Assembly (NCBI GenBank): GCA_947458265.1
Contig: CANGYF010000009.1
Location: 66,544-130,543, forward strand
DNA from: Betaproteobacteria bacterium
GTDB lineage: Bacteria > Pseudomonadota > Gammaproteobacteria > Burkholderiales > CAIKXV01
Reading direction: 5' to 3'
Length of the DNA stretch: 64,000 nt
Part shown: piece after piece, positions 57,565-64,000 of the stretch
Layout of the letters: each line of letters opens with the position of its first letter
Position numbering within the stretch: the first letter of the stretch is position 1
Notes under the pieces: generated by a model
Database searches by the model: none
What the model saw: the letters and a program-made list of their open reading frames with translations, nothing else
What the model was told of the DNA's origin: nothing
Made by a program: the position numbers and the translations under genes

Positions 57565-57588
57565 CGCTGGGTCTCCTGACCGAACGTC

Positions 57589-57957
57589 CTAGATGACTTC
57601 CGGCGCAAGCGAGACGATCTTCATGAATCGCTCGGTGCGCAGTTCGCGGGTGACCGGCCCGAAGATACGGGTGCCGATCGGCTCCAGCTTCGCATTCAGC
57701 AGAACGGCAGCGTTCTTGTCGAAGCGCACGCGCGACCCGTCCTGGCGACGCACGCCATGGGCGGTGCGCACGACGACGGCGCTGTAGACCTCGCCCTTCT
57801 TCACGCGCCCGCGCGGTGCCGCATCCTTGATGCTGACCTTGATCACGTCACCGATGCCGGCATAACGCCGCTTCGAGCCACCGAGCACCTTGATGCACAT
57901 GACCGACCGTGCACCGGTGTTGTCGGCCACGTCGAGGACCGACTGCATCTGGATCAT
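57589..57957 (-). CDS. rplN: 50S ribosomal protein L14
   Basis: ORF 57589..58203 trimmed to the canonical [17 protein letters not shown] start (ATG at 57957). 122 aa. Confidence 0.97.
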   Translation of the reverse strand: MIQMQSVLDVADNTGARSVMCIKVLGGSKRRYAGIGDVIKVSIKDAAPRGRVKKGEVYSAVVVRTAHGVRRQDGSRVRFDKNAAVLLNAKLEPIGTRIFGPVTRELRTERFMKIVSLAPEVI

Positions 57958-58406
57958 CTCATTCTCCTGTCCGACCGGGCCGCGTCGTGCGGCCGGGGAT
58001 TCGCCAGGCCCGTCCGGACAACGCCCGGGCGGGCACAACCTGACTGCCGAAGCGCCGCCACCCGCGGGCGCCGGCACTTCCGTGCTGCTGTTCGATGCAC
58101 CGGCGTAGCGCCGGTCCTGTCCGTGTATCCAACTTTTACCGCGGGTGCTGCCGGCTCGCGCCGACCAACTCTGCACCGACCGGCTCGCGCCGCGCCCGTG
58201 CAATCCACCTCACGGTCAGTCTTGGACCCCGCCCACGCGGGGAGTGCCGCCCGGCTGCTGGAACGTGTCTTTAACACTGAAGGTTGCGCTGTTGAACTGT
58301 CGCAACCACAGGCCTGCCACGTTCCACCCTGTGCAGCGCCAAACTTCTGGCGCTGCTGCCGGTCCCTGGTTCCGGACCGATAGATCCGAACTCAGGATAG
58401 CCGCAA

Positions 58407-58435
58407 AGTATGCACCTTTATCGCGTCGTTGCCAA
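58407..58435 (-). promoter_or_regulatory. Candidate sigma70 promoter of the spc operon (TTGGCA-N17-CATACT on the minus strand)
   Basis: -35 at 58435-58430 and -10 at 58412-58407, read on the minus strand just after the rpsQ stop. Implies a ~440-nt leader before rplN. Confidence 0.4.
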
Positions 58436-58458
58436 GCGATAAATGAAGCGGCGCAAAC

Positions 58459-58728
58459 TCAGGCCGTACGAGCCTTCTCGACCAGGCGTGCAACCTTCCA
58501 TGCCTTGGTCTTGGAGATCGGCCGGGTCTCGGCGATCTCGACCAGGTCGCCTTCGGCGACTTCGTTGGTCTCGTCGTGCGCGTGATACTTCTTCGAACGG
58601 ACCATCACCTTGCCGTAGAGCGGGTGCTTGACCTTGCGCTCCACCAGCACGGTGACCGTCTTGTCCATCTTGTCGCTGACCACGCGTCCGGTGAGGACGC
58701 GTGCGGTCGACGCTTCGGTTTCGGTCAT
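58459..58728 (-). CDS. rpsQ: 30S ribosomal protein S17
   Basis: 89 aa. [29 protein letters not shown]. Confidence 0.96.
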   Translation of the reverse strand: MTETEASTARVLTGRVVSDKMDKTVTVLVERKVKHPLYGKVMVRSKKYHAHDETNEVAEGDLVEIAETRPISKTKAWKVARLVEKARTA

Positions 58729-58751
58729 GGGAACTGTCCCTGGGATTGGTT

Positions 58752-58973
58752 TCAGGCCTCGCCGGCCGGCTTGTCGGCCGGCGCAGCGTTGGCGAGTTCG
58801 GTTGCGATGGTCCGCACGCGGGCGATATCACGCTTCACCTTGCGCAGCTCGCTCGTCTTGCCGAGCTGCTGGGTGGCATGCTGCATGCGCAGGTTGAACT
58901 GTGCGCGAAGGAGGCTCTTGACCTCGTCGCCCAGTTCAGCCGGCGTGCGTTGACGCAGTTCCTTGGATTTCAT
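58752..58973 (-). CDS. rpmC: 50S ribosomal protein L29
   Basis: ORF trimmed to [31 protein letters not shown] (ATG at 58973). 73 aa with an Ala/Pro-rich tail. Confidence 0.93.
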   Translation of the reverse strand: MKSKELRQRTPAELGDEVKSLLRAQFNLRMQHATQQLGKTSELRKVKRDIARVRTIATELANAAPADKPAGEA

Positions 58974-58974
58974 C

Positions 58975-59391
58975 TCAACCTCCGACCTGGCGCGCGACGA
59001 ACGCCGTGCGCAGCGGCAGCTTGGCCGATGCCAGGCGGAATGCCTCGCGGGCCAGCGTCTCATCGACCCCGTCCATCTCGTACAGCATCTTGCCGGGCTG
59101 AATCTCGGCGACGTAGTACTCGGGGTTGCCCTTGCCGTTACCCATCCGCACCTCGGCAGGCTTCTGCGAGATCGGCTTGTCCGGGAATATACGGATCCAG
59201 ATCCGGCCACCGCGCTTGATGTGACGGGTCATCGCCCGGCGAGCGGCTTCGATCTGGCGGGCAGTCAGGCGGCCGCGGTCCAGTGCCTTCAGGCCGAATT
59301 CGCCGAAGCTCACCTTGTTGCCACGGGTGGCGATGCCGCGATTGCGGCCCTTCTGCTCTTTACGGTATTTTCTTCTAGCTGGCTGCAGCAT
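58975..59391 (-). CDS. rplP: 50S ribosomal protein L16
   Basis: 138 aa. [19 protein letters not shown]. Confidence 0.97.
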   Translation of the reverse strand: MLQPARRKYRKEQKGRNRGIATRGNKVSFGEFGLKALDRGRLTARQIEAARRAMTRHIKRGGRIWIRIFPDKPISQKPAEVRMGNGKGNPEYYVAEIQPGKMLYEMDGVDETLAREAFRLASAKLPLRTAFVARQVGG

Positions 59392-60100
59392 TTCTCACTC
59401 CGGACTTGCGCGGCTTGCGTTCCGGCTCGATCGCGGGCGACGGTGCAACTTCCGGCGCCACTTCGTTCTTGCCAAGGACATCGCCCTTGTAGACCCAGAC
59501 CTTGATGCCGATGACACCATAGGTCGTCTTGGCTTCCGACACGCCGTACTCGATGTTGGCGCGCAGCGTGTGCAGCGGGACGCGACCCTCGCGATACCAC
59601 TCGCGACGGGCGATCTCGATGCCGTTCAGCCGCCCCGAGCTCATGATCTTGATGCCCTGGGCGCCCAGGCGCATCGCGTTCTGCATCGCGCGCTTCATCG
59701 CGCGGCGGAACATGATGCGCTTCTCGAGCTGGGAGGAGATCGAATCGGCGATCAGTTGCGCGTCGAGTTCCGGCTTGCGGATCTCCTCGATGTTCACGTG
59801 GACGTTCTGCACGCCCATGAACTTGCGCAGGGCGCTGCGCAGCGCCTCGATGTCCTCGCCCTTCTTGCCGATGACCACGCCGGGACGCGCGCTGAAAATG
59901 GTGATCTTCGCGTCGCGCGCCGGGCGCTCGATCAGCACGCGGCCGACCGCTGCATGCGCAAGCTTCTTCTTCAGGAAGTCGCGCACCTTGATGTCTTCCG
60001 CCAGCATCCCGGCGAAATTCTTGTGATTGGCGTACCAGCGCGAGGTCCAGTTGCGCTGGACCGCGAGCCGAAAGCCGATCGGATGGATCTTCTGTCCCAT
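59375..60100 (-). CDS. rpsC: 30S ribosomal protein S3
   Basis: ORF trimmed to [14 protein letters not shown] (ATG at 60100). KH and S3-C domains. The 3' end overlaps the rplP start by 17 nt. Confidence 0.96.
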   Translation of the reverse strand: MGQKIHPIGFRLAVQRNWTSRWYANHKNFAGMLAEDIKVRDFLKKKLAHAAVGRVLIERPARDAKITIFSARPGVVIGKKGEDIEALRSALRKFMGVQNVHVNIEEIRKPELDAQLIADSISSQLEKRIMFRRAMKRAMQNAMRLGAQGIKIMSSGRLNGIEIARREWYREGRVPLHTLRANIEYGVSEAKTTYGVIGIKVWVYKGDVLGKNEVAPEVAPSPAIEPERKPRKSGVRNAAAS

Positions 60101-60143
60101 ATGTGCCCTCTTTGCCCCGTCGTTCAGTCCATGGAGGCGGCGG

Positions 60144-60479
60144 CTACTTGCCGTCGCCCACTGCCAGATAGACGTGGCAGGTCGGTTTGGTGATGCTGGA
60201 CGCACGCCCCTTGGCGCGCGGCATGAAACGCTTGAGGCTGGTGCCGCGCTCGACGTGGATGAGCGTGACCTTCAGCTCGTCGATGTCCGCCGCATCGTTG
60301 TGCTCGGCGTTGGCGATCGCCGACTCGAGCACCTTCTTGATGATGACGGCACCCTTCTTCGGGCTGAAGGTGAGCAGGTTGAGCGCACGCTCGACCGGCA
60401 GGCCGCGGATCTGGTCGGCGACCAGGCGGCCCTTCTGCGCCGAGAGGCGTACACCACGCAATGTGGCCTTGGTCTGCAT
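60144..60479 (-). CDS. rplV: 50S ribosomal protein L22
   Basis: 111 aa. [26 protein letters not shown]. Confidence 0.96.
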   Translation of the reverse strand: MQTKATLRGVRLSAQKGRLVADQIRGLPVERALNLLTFSPKKGAVIIKKVLESAIANAEHNDAADIDELKVTLIHVERGTSLKRFMPRAKGRASSITKPTCHVYLAVGDGK

Positions 60480-60491
60480 GTGTATGGCTCC

Positions 60492-60779
60492 TTACCTGCC
60501 CGGGCCCTTGGCGGCCTTGCGGTCGCCAGAGTGCCCCTTGAACGTGCGCGTGTGCGCAAACTCACCCAGCTTGTGACCGACCATGTTCTCGGAGACGAAC
60601 ACCGGGATGTGCTGACGCCCGTTGTGCACCGCGATGGTGAGGCCGACGAAATCCGGGAGGATCGTCGAACGACGCGACCAGGTCTTGATCGGACGCTTGT
60701 CGTTGTTGGAACGCGCTTTTTCCACCTTGCCGAACAGGTGATGATCGACGAAGGGGCCTTTCTTAACTGAACGTGCCAT
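60492..60779 (-). CDS. rpsS: 30S ribosomal protein S19
   Basis: 95 aa. [15 protein letters not shown]...[16 protein letters not shown]. Confidence 0.97.
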   Translation of the reverse strand: MARSVKKGPFVDHHLFGKVEKARSNNDKRPIKTWSRRSTILPDFVGLTIAVHNGRQHIPVFVSENMVGHKLGEFAHTRTFKGHSGDRKAAKGPGR

Positions 60780-60785
60780 CTCGCT

Positions 60786-61616
60786 TTACCCCTTGGTCGA
60801 GTTGCGGCGCCGCACGATCATGCTGCTCGTGCGCTTGTTCTTGCGGGTCTTGTAGCCCTTGGTCAACTGACCCCACGGGCTCACCGGATGACGGCCAGCG
60901 GCGGTCTTGCCCTCGCCACCACCGTGCGGGTGATCGACCGGGTTCATCGCCACGCCACGTACCGTCGGGCGCACGCCGCGCCAGCGCATCGCACCGGCCT
61001 TGCCGATCGAACGCAGGTTGTGCTCGGAGTTGCCGACTTCGCCGATGGTCGCGCGGCAGTCAACATGCACCTTGCGGATCTCGCCGGAACGCAACCGCAG
61101 CTGTGCGTAGCTGCTCTCGCGGGCCAGCAACTGGACCGATGCACCGGCAGAACGCGCAAGCTGCGCACCCTTCCCAGGCTGCATCTCGATGCAGTGGATC
61201 GTCGTGCCGACCGGGATGTTGCGGATCGGCAGGGTGTTGCCGGCCTTGATCGGGGCCTCCGATCCGCTCATCAGCTTCGCGCCCACCGCCACGCCGTTGG
61301 GCGCAATGATGTAACGGCGCTCGCCGTCGGCATAGCACAGCAGTGCGATGTTTGCGCTGCGGTTCGGGTCGTACTCAAGCCGCTCGACCTTCGCCTCGAT
61401 GCCGTCCTTGTTGCGCTTGAAGTCGACCACGCGGTAGTGATGCTTGTGCCCACCGCCCTTGTGACGGGTGGTGATATGGCCCTTGCTGTTACGGCCCGCG
61501 TTCTGGATCTGCTTCTCGAGCAGGGGCGCGAACGGCGAGCCCTTGTGCAGCTCGGGATTGACGACCTTGACGACGGCGCGTCGGCCGGCGGATGTGGGTT
61601 TTACCTTGACCAGCAT
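60786..61616 (-). CDS. rplB: 50S ribosomal protein L2
   Basis: 276 aa. [14 protein letters not shown]...[10 protein letters not shown]. Confidence 0.97.
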   Translation of the reverse strand: MLVKVKPTSAGRRAVVKVVNPELHKGSPFAPLLEKQIQNAGRNSKGHITTRHKGGGHKHHYRVVDFKRNKDGIEAKVERLEYDPNRSANIALLCYADGERRYIIAPNGVAVGAKLMSGSEAPIKAGNTLPIRNIPVGTTIHCIEMQPGKGAQLARSAGASVQLLARESSYAQLRLRSGEIRKVHVDCRATIGEVGNSEHNLRSIGKAGAMRWRGVRPTVRGVAMNPVDHPHGGGEGKTAAGRHPVSPWGQLTKGYKTRKNKRTSSMIVRRRNSTKG

Positions 61617-61617
61617 T

Positions 61618-61950
61618 TCAGCGCGCCTCCAGACCAGCGAACACGATTTCCTGGCCTTCCTTGATCTGCACGTAGGCCTTCTTCCAGCCCCGGCGACGGC
61701 CGACGAAACGCCCGAAGCGCTTCTCCTTGCCGTCGTAGTTCAACGTACGCACCGACACGACTTCGATCTTCTTGTCCTTGGTGCTGAACATCATCTCGAC
61801 CGCAGCCTTGATTTCCGGCTTGGTCGCGTTCTTCACCACTTCGAACACGATCTGGTTGTGCTTGTCGGCCACCATCGTGCTTTTCTCCGACACCAGCGGC
61901 GCCAGGAGAATCTGCATCAACCGCTCTTCGCGGGTAGCGGGAAGGCTCAC
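61618..61950 (-). CDS. rplW: 50S ribosomal protein L23
   Basis: 110 aa. GTG start in a GTGA overlap with the rplD stop. [24 protein letters not shown]. Confidence 0.93.
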   Translation of the reverse strand: MSLPATREERLMQILLAPLVSEKSTMVADKHNQIVFEVVKNATKPEIKAAVEMMFSTKDKKIEVVSVRTLNYDGKEKRFGRFVGRRRGWKKAYVQIKEGQEIVFAGLEAR

Positions 61951-62567
61951 TTGAGGATCTCCTCGAGGCGGGCGATTGCGTTCCGGGTGAAGAGCACCTT
62001 GTCGAACTGCAACAGCGAAAGCGGGTCGGTCTGCTCGACGCGCAACACACCCACGTACGACAGGTTGCGCGAGGACAGGAACAGGTTTTCGTCCAGCTGG
62101 TCGGTGACGATCAGCACGTCGTCGAAGCCCATGCCCTTGACCTTGTCGGCCAGCATCTTGGTCTTCGGCGACTCGACGGTGAACGCGTCGACCACGCAGA
62201 GGCGGTCTTCGCGTGCGAGCTGCGAGAGGATCGCAGCCACGCCGGCGCGATACATCTTGCGGTTCACCTTCTGGGTGAAGTTCTCGTCAGTCTGCGACGC
62301 GAACACCTTGCCGCCGCCACGCCACAGCGGGCTCGACGCACGGCCTGCACGTGCACGGCCGGTGCCCTTCTGGCGCCACGGCTTCTTCGTGCTCTTGTTG
62401 ACCTGGCTGCGCTCTTTCTGGGCACGGGTACCCTGGCGTGCGTTGGCCTGGTAGGCCACGACCACCTGGTGCACCAGCGCTTCGTTGAACTCGCGCGCGA
62501 ACAGCTGGTCGCTGGCCGCCATCGTCGAGCTCGACTTGCCCTGCGAATCAATGAGTTTCAGTTCCAT
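61947..62567 (-). CDS. rplD: 50S ribosomal protein L4
   Basis: 206 aa. [26 protein letters not shown]. Confidence 0.97.
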   Translation of the reverse strand: MELKLIDSQGKSSSTMAASDQLFAREFNEALVHQVVVAYQANARQGTRAQKERSQVNKSTKKPWRQKGTGRARAGRASSPLWRGGGKVFASQTDENFTQKVNRKMYRAGVAAILSQLAREDRLCVVDAFTVESPKTKMLADKVKGMGFDDVLIVTDQLDENLFLSSRNLSYVGVLRVEQTDPLSLLQFDKVLFTRNAIARLEEILK

Positions 62568-63211
62568 CAGGCACCTGCCTTGACCGCAGCGCGGACGATC
62601 AGATGGCCACCCTTGGCGCCGGGAACGGCACCCTTGAGCAGCAGAAGCTTGCGCTCGGCGTCGATGCGCACGATCTCGAGGTTCTGCACCGTGCGGCGCA
62701 CGTCGCCGAGGTGGCCGGCCATGCGCTTGCCGGGGAACACGCGACCCGGATCCTGGTTCTGACCGATCGAACCCGGGCTGTTGTGCGAAACCGAGTTGCC
62801 GTGGCTGGCGCGGTTCGACGAGAAGTGGTGCCGCTTGATCGCGCCGGCGAAACCCTTGCCGTGGGTCGTACCCGACACGTCAACCAGCTGGCCGACCTTG
62901 AACAGGTCGACGTCGATGACCGATCCGGGCTTGATGTCGTCCGCCACCGGCGCTGCGAGCCGGAATTCCTTCAGCGCGGTGCCGGCCTGCACGCCAGCCT
63001 TCGCGAAGTGGCCGGCCGCCGGCTTGATCACGCGGCTGGCACGGCGCGAGCCGAAGACCACCTGCACCGCCGAGTAGCCGTCGTTCTCGACCGACTTCAC
63101 CTGCGCGACGCGGTTGTTCGATACATCGACGACCGTCACGGGAACCGAATCCCCGTCATCGGTGAAGATGCGAGTCATGCCGACCTTGCGGCCGACGAGT
63201 CCGATACTCAT
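62567..63211 (-). CDS. rplC: 50S ribosomal protein L3
   Basis: 214 aa. [16 protein letters not shown]...[11 protein letters not shown]. Confidence 0.97.
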   Translation of the reverse strand: MSIGLVGRKVGMTRIFTDDGDSVPVTVVDVSNNRVAQVKSVENDGYSAVQVVFGSRRASRVIKPAAGHFAKAGVQAGTALKEFRLAAPVADDIKPGSVIDVDLFKVGQLVDVSGTTHGKGFAGAIKRHHFSSNRASHGNSVSHNSPGSIGQNQDPGRVFPGKRMAGHLGDVRRTVQNLEIVRIDAERKLLLLKGAVPGAKGGHLIVRAAVKAGA

Positions 63212-63332
63212 CTTGTTTCTCCGTATGCCGGTTACGATTGACCGGCGAGGGTTTGGTGTATCTGCTACGGGTACTACCAGTGCTGCAACTTCGGTGCTGC
63301 TGCTTCCGCCACCAGGGCGGAGCCTGCTGCGA

Positions 63333-63641
63333 TCAGAGCTTGATCTCGACGTCCACGCCCGCCGGAAGGTCCAGCTTCATCAGCGCGTCGACCGTCTTGT
63401 CGGTCGGATCGATGATGTCCATCAGGCGCAGGTGGGTACGGATCTCGAACTGGTCGCGAGAGGTCTTGTTGACGTGCGGCGAACGCAGGAGGTCGAAGCG
63501 CTCGATGCGGGTGGGCAGGGGCACCGGGCCCTTGACCACTGCGCCGGTGCGCTTGGCGGTATCCACGATCTCGATCGCCGACTGATCGATCAGCCGGTAG
63601 TCGAACGCCTTGAGGCGAATCCTGATTTTCTGGTTTGACAT
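63333..63641 (-). CDS. rpsJ: 30S ribosomal protein S10
   Basis: 102 aa. [21 protein letters not shown]. Confidence 0.97.
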   Translation of the reverse strand: MSNQKIRIRLKAFDYRLIDQSAIEIVDTAKRTGAVVKGPVPLPTRIERFDLLRSPHVNKTSRDQFEIRTHLRLMDIIDPTDKTVDALMKLDLPAGVDVEIKL

Positions 63642-63660
63642 TTCTCGCCTGCTCGAAGTC

Positions 63661-64000
<340 letters not shown>

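Noticed and set aside
63212-63332. 121-nt rpsJ-rplC spacer as a possible regulatory RNA
   Set aside because: Only a short CCGCC/GGCGG stem and a GTGCTGC direct repeat were seen. This is not enough to support a structured element.

Overview
GC-rich proteobacterial chromosome segment (about two-thirds or more G+C by eye, not computed). The RpoA and ribosomal-protein sequences, the uvrA-MFS-ssb arrangement and three Bug/TctC-type binding proteins suggest a betaproteobacterium (Burkholderiales/Rhodocyclales-like). No tools were run, so all domain calls come from motifs read in the translations. No tRNA/rRNA, CRISPR array or IS element was seen. The window has five blocks. (1) 1-13.6 kb is a co-directional minus-strand gene string: pyrK-like, class-1B pyrD-like and pyrC dihydroorotase, then CoxG-like plus a three-subunit Mo-hydroxylase, a Bug binding protein and a second three-subunit Mo-hydroxylase. 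An XRE regulator and a divergent UbiD-family decarboxylase flank it. I read this as a candidate N-heterocyclic carboxylate (orotate-like?) catabolic island. (2) 13.6-22.3 kb is housekeeping: lytic transglycosylase, DUF2721-like protein, two orphan binding proteins, ssb, MFS transporter and uvrA. (3) 22.3-37.4 kb is the most unusual part, a tightly coupled seven-gene minus-strand operon. It encodes a membrane protein with two H-x13-H helices (di-haem-b-like), an FHA-like/TM/decahaem cytochrome c, a tandem GlcG/DUF336 lipoprotein and a triple-SH3b plus beta-barrel outer-membrane protein. It also encodes a decahaem cytochrome fused to six LVIVD (beta-propeller) repeats, a 4-5 haem cytochrome, and a cytoplasmic FAD/NAD(P)H oxidoreductase fused to two cNMP-binding domains and a four-cluster ferredoxin. 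Together these look like a complete, apparently undescribed trans-envelope electron conduit. (4) 37.4-48.5 kb is a full T2SS set (gspNMLKJIHG on the minus strand, running straight into the cytochrome operon; gspCDEF on the plus strand). (5) 48.7-64 kb is the alpha/spc/S10 ribosomal cluster (rplQ to rpsJ, plus the tuf 3' end), with an unusually long (~500 nt) structured spacer between rpsQ and rplN.
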